A DNA stretch of 64,000 nt, from sequence record OM337876.1. One strand, written 5' to 3'. The stretch's first letter is position 1. The number at the start of each line of letters is the position of its first letter. The notes under the pieces were generated by a model, which searched no databases, was not told the DNA's origin, and was given only the letters and a program-made list of their open reading frames with translations. A program made the translations under genes and the position numbers. Below are positions 47,682-57,021 of this stretch, in pieces. The DNA is from Klebsiella phage KP182.

Positions 47682-50600
47682 ATGGCCGATCAAAACTTAA
47701 AACAAATACAATTTAAAAGAACTAGCACAGAGAATAAAGCACCAGGTGCAGATATCGTAGCCCGTGGCGAAATTGTGTTAAATACGCATGGACGTACTCT
47801 CGCTATCTACACCAAAGATGAAGATGATAATGTTGTTCAGCTTGCCGGTAAAGGTGTTCCTTTCTTAGATACTTCCGGCACTCTTACCGTTAATGGAATT
47901 ACTACATTAAAAGACAACGTTACTATTTCTCCGAATAAAGCTATCAATTTTGAAGCCACTGATTTAAGCGGAGCAATAGTGCGTCATATCGTCGGCAAAT
48001 GCGCTACTAACGATGGCTGGTACATCGGCGCCGGTGGTACAAGCAATAGCGGTATTCTTGAAATCGGTACTATTGACGATGGTGCTGAAACCATCCAATT
48101 TGTGCAACGTGGCGCAGGTAATGTTGAAGCCCGAAAATTAGTCTTGCTTGATGGTTCAGGTAATACTACTCTTCCAGGTGATTTAAGATTATCCACTAAT
48201 AAAACTGTTAAAATTAACAGTGGAAGCACTCTTGTTCTTGAAATGGGTGTAGGCTCTAACGACGTCTATATTAAAAACCAACGAGGTGTAGGTGTTCTTC
48301 AATTAACCAATGACAGTAATCTGACATTCAGAAATTCACAGGTTTATTACGCCATGAACGGAAGAGGTCCTGGTAAATCTGGTACTCTTCTGACGAATGT
48401 AGAAAATAATCGCCAGGCGTGGCAATACCCAATTTCAGCTGCAACTGCTGGAACTCCACGTTGGGTTAAAGTAGCTACAATTAAACACCCAGGAGATGCA
48501 TCTTCACAGTTAGATTTAATGATTAGCGGTGGTATTGATTCTGGGCAGGGTAAGCATTATGTTGATTTTATTACATTATCTGGTCGCAATTTAACATCTT
48601 GGAGCACTAGCAATTTAGATAACTGGGTTGAATGGCGTCGTCTTGGCTCTCCTGATAAAGGAAAGGTTCCAGAGTATTATGTTGTTAAAAATGATGCTGC
48701 TACTGATGCAGATGCTTCATTTGATTTTTATGCTAAGCTTCCTCGATACGGAAATGGACTTTATGTTACAGTGCTAAACACTGCCGGATACAACGGTCAA
48801 GATAGCGGTAAAGTAATTATCTATGAAACCAACCAAGATACTGGTGCTACTGGACCGTCTGGAAGTATTCTTGTTTCAATGAAACAGATTTTTGACAGTT
48901 CAGCAAAACCAGATTTCGGCGATACTACGGGTACTCTTCCGGTTAACCGTGGTGGTACAGGTGCTACTAACGTAGGAGCCGCTCGAAATAACTTAGGTCT
49001 TAGAACTGCGGCTGTTCGCGATGTTGGTGAATCTAGCGGAAACGTGATGGAAGTTGGTGCCTTTGGTATTGGCGGTAAAGGAAAATCACTGGTAGATATT
49101 ACTTCTGACGTTGATTTAATGACTCGCCTTAAGGCTCTTGGTGGTACAGTGTTCAGAGCCAACACAGCGAGTGGTTATACCGGGGCTCCTTATTACTCCC
49201 ATGGCACCGGGTTTTACGGAAGAGCTTCTGACACAATGGCTGCACTTAATATAGATTATGCAACTGGTAACGTCAGAGTATTTGCTATAAACGATAGTGG
49301 TTTAGCAAGTGGAAGAGTAAATTCTAATGTTCTCTACGGCACAGCAAATAAGCCATCTAAGGCTGATGTCGGACTTGGTAATCTGACAAACGATACTCAA
49401 GTTAAGAAAGCCGGCGATACCATGACTGGTGATTTAACTGTTCCTAATTTACATGCTTCCGGCACTGGTACTGCATCGGTATATGTTAACGCAGGAAGCG
49501 GAAACGCTCATGTATGGTTTAGAACAAACGGTAACGAACGTGGTGTAATTTGGGCAACTCCGAATACTGCTGACTTAGGTCAGATTAATATTCGTGCAAA
49601 AACTACTGGAGGCACTTCTGCTGGTGATTTTAGCTTCCGTTCTGATGGGCGCCTTGATGTTCCTGTAGCAGTTAAAGTTGGTGGAGCAGCAATGCTAACC
49701 AAAGACGGAAACATTACCTCAGGTTCAATGTTTGGCGGTAACCTTAACAACTATTTGAATACCATTAAAAACGACATCGTTGCTGGCGATAATAAGCAAG
49801 TAAGTAAGACTGGTGACACCATGACCGGTAACTTGACTATTAACGCTAACTTAAAAGTCGAAAACCCTAATGGATCAATGGTTGATTTAGGTTCAGAGAA
49901 CTCAGATAAGTATAGCAGATTGACACTTGCACGTAAAGTTGGCTCTGGCGCTGCCGTAGCAATGCTTAAAATTACTCCTGAAGGATACGTGCAATTTGGT
50001 TATCAAACTGCAGTTTCTACTCCGTCTCCCAGCAAGTACATCCGGGTTAAACCTGACGGTCTTGATGTAGAAGGTGATTTGGTGTTTAATCAGACCTATC
50101 GCGGCACTGAAGAGGCAGTTGATATTTCTGATAAGACCATTGACCTTAATAATCTTGTCATTAAAAGAACCGATCCAGGTACTCGTCAGCTGTATAAATG
50201 TGTATCATCTGGTGGCGGTTCTAAGATAGCAAACAAACCTACCTCTGATGGCAACTTTGTTCTTGAAGTTCTGTCTTTACGCAAGGTTTCTGATACCGAT
50301 TGGTCATGTAAGCAGACCTTTACTACAAAGAATAACACCACTGTTGGCACATATGTTCGCTATGCCCAAAACGGCTCATGGTCTGCATGGAAAGAGGTTG
50401 TTGCTGGTGTTCAACCAATCAATTTAGGCGGTACTGGAGCAACATCTGTAGCTGCTGCTCGTAATAACCTCGGTGTTGGTGAAGGACAAACAGTATCATT
50501 CGGTAATTTAGTTACCAACGACTTAACTGCAAACGGAAACGCTAGATTGGTTGGAAGACTTAACCTTGGTTCTACTTCTGCGACTGGCGTATTACGAGCT

Positions 50601-52103
50601 AATGAAACTGGCGCTGTTGTCTTGGGTTCTGCTAGTGGTCAAAACATCCACGTTAGAGCAGGAAGCCCCGATACTTCTACTGGTGAAACCCGCTTTGAGC
50701 CAAACGGAAATGTTGTGGTTGGTGGTGCTATTACGGCTTCCGGAAGCCTGCAAGTAAATGGCGAAGCCGCGATGAGCAGAAGCTTGATCGTTTCTCAAAA
50801 CATAAAGAATACTAACGATAACAGTTTTATTCTGATGGGAAAAGATTCGGATTTAGGTTTCGTTAAAAAATCTAAATCAGGCGCTAAACTGGTATTTGCT
50901 TCAGGAAAATCGTTTACTGTCGCTAAATCGTCAGCAACTACCATAGCTAACCCAGCGACGGAAACTTATACTGATGTGTTTAAAATTGATGCTGATGGAA
51001 ACCAAACCGTTTACGGAAATGCCCAAGTTAACAGACAATTAACTGTTTCTAGTTCAGCAACTGTTAACGGTATTATTAATGCAAACGGCGGTATTATTGT
51101 TCCTACTACCAAGTATGTGCAAATTGCCGATGCTCCTACGCAGAATAACCAAGCCACCAACAAGAAATATGTTGATGACAAGGTTGCTTCTGCTATTAGT
51201 AATGCTGGCGATACTTATCTTCCATTAGCGGGTGGTACTGTAACTGGTAGCTTAGATGTTACAGGAACTCGACTCAAAACGTGGCGCTTAGAAGTAGATG
51301 GTGGCGGAACTGTACTTGGCGGAACTATTGATGTTGCCGGTAAGGCAGTGTTTTCTAAAGATATTTTAGTTGAAAAGCAATTAGATGTTCGAGGTGCTGG
51401 AGCTTGTCACTTACGCTTTAGTAAAGCTGATGGTTCTGAAAAAGGACTAATTTATGCTGACGATGATAAAAATGTTAGTATTAGAAGTGGCGGCGACAAC
51501 GGTCCGTCATGGAATTTCTGGTCTAGCGGTTCTTGCCAATTCCCAGGAGCCATTTCTAACTATAACGGAATTAGCAGCACTACTAATTATCCTGCAGGAC
51601 AACCAATTGGCACATATAACAATACCTCAGGATTAGTAACTAGATTTAGTAATGGTGCTTATGCTTCATTATATTTCCAAGAGTATGTAGGAAATTATCA
51701 CCAAGCTATTCTTAATGTTAATGGATTTGGTCGAGATGACAATTTCTATTTCAGAGCTGGAGGTGACTTCTTCTGTACTCGTAATGGTTCATTTGATAAC
51801 GTTGAGATTCGTTCTGACCGTAGAGCCAAATCGGATATCAAAGTTATTGAAAATGCTTTGGAAAAAGTAGAAAAACTAACCGGTAATACTTATGAGCTTC
51901 ACAACACATCCGGTGGTACTACTCGTTCTGCGGGTTTAATCGCGCAGGAAGTTCAAGAAGTTCTTCCGGAAGCAGTTACTCAGGATATTGAAGCAGACGG
52001 GGGTTTATTGCGTCTGAATTACAACTCAGTAATTGCACTTCTCGTTGAATCTGTTAAAGAGCTTTCTGCTGAGGTTAAAGAGCTTAAATCTCAACTGAAA
52101 TAA
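47682..52103 (+). CDS. 37: Long tail fibre distal subunit gp37 with C-terminal intramolecular chaperone (peptidase S74-like) domain
   Basis: The N-terminus matches T4 gp37. The C-terminal 95 aa begin 'S|DRRAKSDIKVIENALEKVE...', the Ser-Lys autoproteolytic chaperone signature of endosialidase/T5 pb1-type fibres. Confidence 0.9.
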   Translation: MADQNLKQIQFKRTSTENKAPGADIVARGEIVLNTHGRTLAIYTKDEDDNVVQLAGKGVPFLDTSGTLTVNGITTLKDNVTISPNKAINFEATDLSGAIVRHIVGKCATNDGWYIGAGGTSNSGILEIGTIDDGAETIQFVQRGAGNVEARKLVLLDGSGNTTLPGDLRLSTNKTVKINSGSTLVLEMGVGSNDVYIKNQRGVGVLQLTNDSNLTFRNSQVYYAMNGRGPGKSGTLLTNVENNRQAWQYPISAATAGTPRWVKVATIKHPGDASSQLDLMISGGIDSGQGKHYVDFITLSGRNLTSWSTSNLDNWVEWRRLGSPDKGKVPEYYVVKNDAATDADASFDFYAKLPRYGNGLYVTVLNTAGYNGQDSGKVIIYETNQDTGATGPSGSILVSMKQIFDSSAKPDFGDTTGTLPVNRGGTGATNVGAARNNLGLRTAAVRDVGESSGNVMEVGAFGIGGKGKSLVDITSDVDLMTRLKALGGTVFRANTASGYTGAPYYSHGTGFYGRASDTMAALNIDYATGNVRVFAINDSGLASGRVNSNVLYGTANKPSKADVGLGNLTNDTQVKKAGDTMTGDLTVPNLHASGTGTASVYVNAGSGNAHVWFRTNGNERGVIWATPNTADLGQINIRAKTTGGTSAGDFSFRSDGRLDVPVAVKVGGAAMLTKDGNITSGSMFGGNLNNYLNTIKNDIVAGDNKQVSKTGDTMTGNLTINANLKVENPNGSMVDLGSENSDKYSRLTLARKVGSGAAVAMLKITPEGYVQFGYQTAVSTPSPSKYIRVKPDGLDVEGDLVFNQTYRGTEEAVDISDKTIDLNNLVIKRTDPGTRQLYKCVSSGGGSKIANKPTSDGNFVLEVLSLRKVSDTDWSCKQTFTTKNNTTVGTYVRYAQNGSWSAWKEVVAGVQPINLGGTGATSVAAARNNLGVGEGQTVSFGNLVTNDLTANGNARLVGRLNLGSTSATGVLRANETGAVVLGSASGQNIHVRAGSPDTSTGETRFEPNGNVVVGGAITASGSLQVNGEAAMSRSLIVSQNIKNTNDNSFILMGKDSDLGFVKKSKSGAKLVFASGKSFTVAKSSATTIANPATETYTDVFKIDADGNQTVYGNAQVNRQLTVSSSATVNGIINANGGIIVPTTKYVQIADAPTQNNQATNKKYVDDKVASAISNAGDTYLPLAGGTVTGSLDVTGTRLKTWRLEVDGGGTVLGGTIDVAGKAVFSKDILVEKQLDVRGAGACHLRFSKADGSEKGLIYADDDKNVSIRSGGDNGPSWNFWSSGSCQFPGAISNYNGISSTTNYPAGQPIGTYNNTSGLVTRFSNGAYASLYFQEYVGNYHQAILNVNGFGRDDNFYFRAGGDFFCTRNGSFDNVEIRSDRRAKSDIKVIENALEKVEKLTGNTYELHNTSGGTTRSAGLIAQEVQEVLPEAVTQDIEADGGLLRLNYNSVIALLVESVKELSAEVKELKSQLK
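51816..52100 (+). other. Predicted self-cleaved C-terminal intramolecular chaperone domain of gp37 (cleavage after Ser1378)
   Basis: 'EIRS^DRRAKSDIK' motif; the Ser codon is at 51813-51815. Confidence 0.55.
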
Positions 52104-52106
52104 TGT

Positions 52107-52127
52107 AAGGGGCTTCGGCCCCTTTAG
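52107..52127 (+). terminator. Hairpin terminator GGGGC-UUCG-GCCCC + UUU
   Basis: Immediately after the gene 37 stop. Confidence 0.55.
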
Positions 52128-52138
52128 GAGAAATAATT

Positions 52139-52666
52139 ATGGCAGTAACAGGACCATGGGTAGGAAGTTCGGCAAAGGCCGTTACCGGTGAAACTTGGAT
52201 GGCCCAGGCTGGAGCTAAATTAAGGTTAGGAACACCATTTTGGATGTCCAACATGATAGGAAGAAACGTTTGGAATGCTAGTATAACTATTTCAGGTAAT
52301 AACCCCGCTACTGGTGCTAGAGTGCGTGGTGCTTGGAAAACTAAAAACAGCACTGCATGGAACGTATTATTAGATGGGCGCGGGTCTTTATCAGGAATTT
52401 GGGAAACTGGGTTTAATTTGGTTGTCTTTGGATTAGCAGAGCCTAGTAGATGGGATGGATATAATGATGCCCTTGTTCTAGAAGGCAGTGGAAACTTTAA
52501 CGTTAACTGGAGAGTTGATACCGAAGACGGTAGACAATGGCATTTTGTTAGTTCTAGGGATTATATGGGCCGCCGTTGTTATAACTGTACTGACAATAAT
52601 GGATTTTGGGATTGGCTTTATGGTAATGATGGGCGAACTTTCCAATTGTCATTTACAGCATATTAA
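52139..52666 (+). CDS. Trp/Gly/Asn-rich protein at the gene 38 position (175 aa); not recognisable as T4-type chaperone gp38 or T2-type adhesin gp38
   Basis: ORF with RBS GGAG; no glycine-rich GXHXH motifs and no similarity to T4 gp38 by eye. Confidence 0.55.
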   Translation: MAVTGPWVGSSAKAVTGETWMAQAGAKLRLGTPFWMSNMIGRNVWNASITISGNNPATGARVRGAWKTKNSTAWNVLLDGRGSLSGIWETGFNLVVFGLAEPSRWDGYNDALVLEGSGNFNVNWRVDTEDGRQWHFVSSRDYMGRRCYNCTDNNGFWDWLYGNDGRTFQLSFTAY

Positions 52667-52680
52667 GCATATGTTAGAGC

Positions 52681-52688
52681 AATAAATA
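52681..52688 (+). promoter_or_regulatory. Possible late promoter variant (AATAAATA) for t
   Basis: One mismatch to TATAAATA, about 20 nt upstream of the ATG. Confidence 0.3.
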
Positions 52689-52707
52689 GCTCTGTAAGGA
52701 GAGCAAT

Positions 52708-53364
52708 ATGCCAAGCAAACAATCAATACCAATTTTTGATATGTTTCTTGGGTTGCTCGAGCTATTATTCAAAGATGGAGCCACGGGAAGAGTTCTCTTT
52801 TCCCGTGTTTTTGTTGTCATACTTTTAGCATTGTTGGCGTTTGCTGGTTATAAGTCAGATAGTCTTATTACTGCTTACGTCGATAGTACATATGACAAGT
52901 ATGATAAACTGGTTCAAAAGGATAGGGATGCCCGATTTGATAACACAGCACTCGAACAACTCCAGATAGTACATATCTCAAGTGGTGCAGATTTTTCTGC
53001 GGTCTTTACGTTCAGACCTAAAAACTTGAACTACTTCGTAGACTTAATTGCTTATGAGGGGACTTTACCTAGCACGGTAGATTCTAAAAACTTGGGAGGA
53101 TATCCAATCGACAAAACAACTGCTGAATATAGCACGCATTTATCGGGTAGATATTTTTGGACGGATAAGGAATTTGTTTTCTTACCAACAAAAAGAAAAC
53201 CGCCTGAGATATCGTATATGTTTAGCTGTCCATATTTCAATTTAGATAATGTTTATGCTGGAACTGTTGAAATGTACTGGTACAATTCCAAACCTGCATT
53301 ATCTAACGAAAGACTAACATCGATATGTGGTCAGGCGGTTAGAGCTCTCGGAAGAGCTAAGTGA
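52708..53364 (+). CDS. t: Holin T
   Basis: 218 aa, colinear with T4 T ('ALEQLQIVHISS.ADFSAV..FRPKNLNYFVD.IAYEG.LPST'). Confidence 0.93.
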   Translation: MPSKQSIPIFDMFLGLLELLFKDGATGRVLFSRVFVVILLALLAFAGYKSDSLITAYVDSTYDKYDKLVQKDRDARFDNTALEQLQIVHISSGADFSAVFTFRPKNLNYFVDLIAYEGTLPSTVDSKNLGGYPIDKTTAEYSTHLSGRYFWTDKEFVFLPTKRKPPEISYMFSCPYFNLDNVYAGTVEMYWYNSKPALSNERLTSICGQAVRALGRAK

Positions 53365-53637
53365 TTACTTATTACTATGCATAGCCATTGTTCGATAGAT
53401 AGACTCAAATCCCTCGTTGTATTCTTCAACGAGAATTCTCTTCTCTTCGTCAGTTAACTCAGAAACCATTTTACGGAAGTTGCTCTGATTTAACTGACGC
53501 CCCTGCTCGTTCTTGATTCCAATTTCGTTCAAGAACGCAATAAATTCATCTCGCTTCTCCATGATATGTTCAGCATTGAACTTAGTCAGAATAGAAGCAA
53601 CAGTAACGATTTCTTGGACAATTTCAAACTTAGTCAT
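53365..53637 (-). CDS. asiA: Anti-sigma70 factor AsiA
   Basis: 90 aa, strong match to T4 AsiA. Confidence 0.93.
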   Translation of the reverse strand: MTKFEIVQEIVTVASILTKFNAEHIMEKRDEFIAFLNEIGIKNEQGRQLNQSNFRKMVSELTDEEKRILVEEYNEGFESIYRTMAMHSNK

Positions 53638-53669
53638 TATTTTTCCTACAACATAATGGATTATGTGAT

Positions 53670-53700
53670 TATAGTATCATCTTGATACCGCGTTGTAAAC
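53670..53700 (-). promoter_or_regulatory. T4 early-type promoter for asiA
   Basis: + strand tatagtatcat ... gtaaac. Confidence 0.55.
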
Positions 53701-53704
53701 CAGT

Positions 53705-53971
53705 TTATGCCAGTTCCCAACGAGAATTCAAATCTTCCTTGGTAGTGACATACTCAGAGCCAGAGGACATCCAGAGCCCGTAGCGACCATCTTTTACTTT
53801 AGCCGTTAAATACCATTCCTTTCCAATTGGACGAACCCTACGATTCATCCAGTGACATACGTCCATTGCCTCCTGGAAAGACAAGTCGATCAGATTTCCA
53901 AGCGCGATTTTATTCATTAACGCTTCGAGATGACGCTGGGTTTTGATAACGTTTTCAATGTTATGACTCAT
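53705..53971 (-). CDS. Hypothetical protein (88 aa), arn position
   Basis: ORF. Confidence 0.5.
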   Translation of the reverse strand: MSHNIENVIKTQRHLEALMNKIALGNLIDLSFQEAMDVCHWMNRRVRPIGKEWYLTAKVKDGRYGLWMSSGSEYVTTKEDLNSRWELA

Positions 53972-54294
53972 GCTAAAACTACCTCTCCGCGATTACCTAA
54001 AATGCTTTCGATATACTCAACTCCACTTATAATGTCACCTCTATCCTTTGCTTTAATAGTAATAATTCCATACGTGTGGAAATCTGCTGATAGACTAAAT
54101 GGTTTAGAAGCTTCCTGAGTAAACGTAAACATTACTGCTTGCTCTAAATGTTTTACTTCTAAGTCATTAGCCCAAGAGTTAAGAACCTTAAGCCTAACTT
54201 GTAAAGTATATTCTACTTTAATTGCTGAAAGTAATTCAGCACGTTTATGATATGCCTTGGCTTCATCTTCTCTGCGTAAAGTTTCAGTATTCAT
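53968..54294 (-). CDS. Hypothetical protein (108 aa)
   Basis: ORF. Confidence 0.5.
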   Translation of the reverse strand: MNTETLRREDEAKAYHKRAELLSAIKVEYTLQVRLKVLNSWANDLEVKHLEQAVMFTFTQEASKPFSLSADFHTYGIITIKAKDRGDIISGVEYIESILGNRGEVVLA

Positions 54295-54656
54295 AGATAA
54301 TCTCCAATATCATAAGCATCAACACATTTCTGAAATTGTTCAAGAACTTCTTCAGGTTCAACATTAGCGATAATAGCTACAGTAAAGGTACCATTATTCC
54401 AATCATGTACCATCCAGTCCCCATATCCGGCATTCTGAAGGTCTTCCATTAGTTCAGAATGGATATCTGCTACTAATCCAGAATGTTCCCCTAATTTCTT
54501 ATGGAGAGCTTCTAGGTCATCACAAATAATGGTTAAAGTAGTACATTTAGAATTATTCAGAATGCGCATTGTCTTTACCTTTATGTTTTTGCTTACGTTT
54601 TGATTCTTTGGCAGCACGCTTTTTATCTTTATGCGCGCCTCCTTTGTTAAAGTCAT
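54291..54656 (-). CDS. Hypothetical protein (121 aa), basic N-terminus
   Basis: ORF. Confidence 0.5.
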   Translation of the reverse strand: MTLTKEARIKIKSVLPKNQNVSKNIKVKTMRILNNSKCTTLTIICDDLEALHKKLGEHSGLVADIHSELMEDLQNAGYGDWMVHDWNNGTFTVAIIANVEPEEVLEQFQKCVDAYDIGDYL

Positions 54657-54865
54657 TCTTCGCTACTGGGTTGTACATGTGCAATTACCTCATTTAAGCA
54701 GTTGCGTGTAATATCAAAACGCTTAGCAATACCACATTCTTGGATATGTGCTTTTAAATCTCCGGCATGCACATATCCCAATTCCAAGATAAACCGTTTA
54801 ATTTGAGCCTTTTCTGAACGATTTAAGCTATTGAAGTAATCTGCCTTGGCGCTTATTGCTCTCAC
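54653..54865 (-). CDS. Small HTH-like protein (70 aa)
   Basis: ORF with a helix-turn-helix-like segment. Confidence 0.45.
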   Translation of the reverse strand: MRAISAKADYFNSLNRSEKAQIKRFILELGYVHAGDLKAHIQECGIAKRFDITRNCLNEVIAHVQPSSEE

Positions 54866-55164
54866 ACTTTATCTTCCTTGCATTCAAGTTCCTTGATGTA
54901 ATAGTCAATATCTTTAATCATTTCTTCTGTCATTATTTTGTACATTTCAGCAAGAAATGGCTTAGCACCGCCATTAAATGGATGGCTAAACGGGCAGATG
55001 TATTCCTTATCCATGAGAGTTTTCATGAATTTGCTATCTGCCATTTTAAACCCGGCTTCATTGGTATATGTACCCCAATTATCGTCCATCATTTCTAATG
55101 AGCGCTGAAGCGATTTACGTTGAATTTTTAAAAGCGTAATGTTATTCTTTAATGTACTAATCAT
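54862..55164 (-). CDS. Hypothetical protein (100 aa)
   Basis: ORF. Confidence 0.5.
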   Translation of the reverse strand: MISTLKNNITLLKIQRKSLQRSLEMMDDNWGTYTNEAGFKMADSKFMKTLMDKEYICPFSHPFNGGAKPFLAEMYKIMTEEMIKDIDYYIKELECKEDKV

Positions 55165-55589
55165 TAGTATAAATCCTCTGAGAATAATTCATTGGCGGGT
55201 CCTGATTTAGGACGAACGGTATTAACTTGACCTGCATGTGTAGCGATGATTAATGCTTCTTCGCGTGTGAAGTACTCACCCCACTGGTCGACAAATCCTT
55301 GATTGTCTCCATGGACATGGTCAGAAACCAGTTTGTCACGGAACATATCTAGAACGTTCGCCATATCAACAGAATAATGGCGAGTGCCTGGAACCACAAT
55401 TGTTCCACCAGATTTCAATTCAAAACGATTTGCTGCACAAACGATACGGCGTTGAAGTAATCGTCCATCCCACCAATCAGCTACTTTAAAGCAAATTTCA
55501 GGAATACTAACTTCTTCTGGTTCATTAATTAGAGCACCGTGACGAGAAGCATCAACAAATTTATTCATTTGTTCGGAAAACTTGCTCAT
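55164..55589 (-). CDS. Hypothetical protein (141 aa), possible nucleotide-binding fold
   Basis: 'RIVCAANRFELKSGGTIVVPGTRHY' segment faintly macro-domain-like; unverified. Confidence 0.5.
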   Translation of the reverse strand: MSKFSEQMNKFVDASRHGALINEPEEVSIPEICFKVADWWDGRLLQRRIVCAANRFELKSGGTIVVPGTRHYSVDMANVLDMFRDKLVSDHVHGDNQGFVDQWGEYFTREEALIIATHAGQVNTVRPKSGPANELFSEDLY

Positions 55590-55927
55590 TTAAAGAATCC
55601 TTTAATTTTCTGCCACAAACTTTTCTTTTCACGAATACCGATTTGCCGAATAACAGGTTCACCCTGCATTTTCTCTAACCATTCCATTGAGTTAACAGCT
55701 TCCGCCATTGGAACAAATTTAGCAAGGGCCTTTTGGTAATTATCTACATCCATGATATGTTTACCATCTGCATTGTAGATAGCATAGCATTTTGTGAATT
55801 TCTTATCAATGTATCCGATAAAGTGCCCACGGAACCATACATCCCAACAATCAGTTGGGATATTAGCATTCAAGTTAACTTTTTCTACACAACGCTGAAG
55901 TTCATTCAATACTTTAAACTTGTTCAT
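55586..55927 (-). CDS. Hypothetical protein (113 aa)
   Basis: ORF. Confidence 0.5.
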   Translation of the reverse strand: MNKFKVLNELQRCVEKVNLNANIPTDCWDVWFRGHFIGYIDKKFTKCYAIYNADGKHIMDVDNYQKALAKFVPMAEAVNSMEWLEKMQGEPVIRQIGIREKKSLWQKIKGFFK

Positions 55928-56571
55928 TACAGTTCCTTAATAGAGCGGATGATGGTTTCAATGTTTTCAGCAGTACGGGCGATATCTAAGTAAGTATTGC
56001 CTGTTGCAGCTACACGGCAAGACATTCCGAGGTCAGTGAAGTGTTTCTGATGCTCTTCGGAAATTTTGTAACCAAAGATGCGGAAAGTGCCTTTGTTGTT
56101 AACTTCAAGACTACGAATACCAAAGGTACGTTTTTCCAGAACTGCGATATAGTTACTACGGTAAACAGTAAGTTCTTTCAGAGGTAAGATATCTTCCATC
56201 TCACCGAGAAGTTTCATCATCAGGTCTTTGTGCTCATTCATATCTTCAGTCAGAGGACGAGCTTTACGAGTATTGCGTTTCTTCAGAAGTTCAGGCTTGT
56301 TCTCTTCTGCATAGATAACTGCCGCTTTAGAGATGATGTCCTGTGCTTCACCAGTGATGATTAAACCGTCACCAGATTTCTCGATGAGACCTTTCTTAAT
56401 CAGAACACCAATGTTTGAGTTGACAGAACCTGCGTTCATGGTTTCTTCAAGGATTTCACGCAGTTCAGCAGAAGTGATGAAATCTTTTTTAGCTACCTGA
56501 ACCAGGATAGCAGCAGTTTTTTCGTTCAGAGCATCTTCGGAAGCTTTGATGATGTAAGTTACTTTAGACAT
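55927..56571 (-). CDS. motA: Middle transcription activator MotA
   Basis: Colinear with T4 MotA from 'MSKVTYIIKAS.D.LNEKTA.IL...AKKDFIT.AE.RE'; RBS GGAGA; the tracked extension is unlikely. Confidence 0.92.
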   Translation of the reverse strand: MSKVTYIIKASEDALNEKTAAILVQVAKKDFITSAELREILEETMNAGSVNSNIGVLIKKGLIEKSGDGLIITGEAQDIISKAAVIYAEENKPELLKKRNTRKARPLTEDMNEHKDLMMKLLGEMEDILPLKELTVYRSNYIAVLEKRTFGIRSLEVNNKGTFRIFGYKISEEHQKHFTDLGMSCRVAATGNTYLDIARTAENIETIIRSIKEL

Positions 56572-56615
56572 TGTGATTCTCCATGATGTTTTATTCAATT
56601 TGTTTGGTATGAGAC

Positions 56616-56646
56616 TATAATATCATCTGCTAACCAGCTTGTAAAC
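56616..56646 (-). promoter_or_regulatory. T4 early-type promoter for motA
   Basis: + strand tataatatcat ... gtaaac. Confidence 0.55.
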
Positions 56647-56695
56647 CATTTTATTCTGCTCTCTGAAAAATTTTCTTCAAAGAGCAGTAAAAATG

Positions 56696-56959
56696 TTATA
56701 CGTTAAAGATCAAGAACTTATCACCATTCTCAAGTTTAAGCACCCAGAAATCATCATATACACAAAGAACGACTTGATACTCTTCACCGTCTTCATAGTT
56801 ACTCGCTTGAATTACCTGGCGCATAGGATACTCGCGATTAACTTCGAACACATCAAGCACCACAATGTTACCTTTGACATAGTGGCTCAGTCGAGTGCCA
56901 TCGGCTTGAGTGGAAATATAAAGAATGTTTTTGATATCAGATTTTAATGATGTAATCAT
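56696..56959 (-). CDS. Hypothetical protein (87 aa)
   Basis: ORF. Confidence 0.5.
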   Translation of the reverse strand: MITSLKSDIKNILYISTQADGTRLSHYVKGNIVVLDVFEVNREYPMRQVIQASNYEDGEEYQVVLCVYDDFWVLKLENGDKFLIFNV

Positions 56960-56990
56960 TTTGTTTTACTCCGTGTTGTTTTGATATTGC

Positions 56991-57021
56991 TATAATACCA
57001 CAGCTATGTAAGCATGTAAAC
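56991..57021 (-). promoter_or_regulatory. Middle-type promoter with MotA box (aTGCTTAca, 12-bp spacer, TATTAT -10) overlapping a GTTTAC element
   Basis: + strand tataat(56991-96)...taagca(57009-14)...gtaaac(57016-21). Confidence 0.45.

Noticed and set aside
52139-52666. Calling the 175-aa ORF gp38 (T4 chaperone or T2 adhesin)
   Set aside because: No recognisable similarity to T4 gp38 and none of the glycine-rich GXHXH or poly-Gly motifs of T2-type adhesins. Only the position supports the gp38 label, so it is left unnamed.
55164-55589. Macro-domain assignment for the 141-aa arn-region protein
   Set aside because: Only a short 'IV.AAN..L..GG' resemblance and no downstream GV.GAI or VIH.VGP motifs. 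Kept as hypothetical with a note rather than a call.
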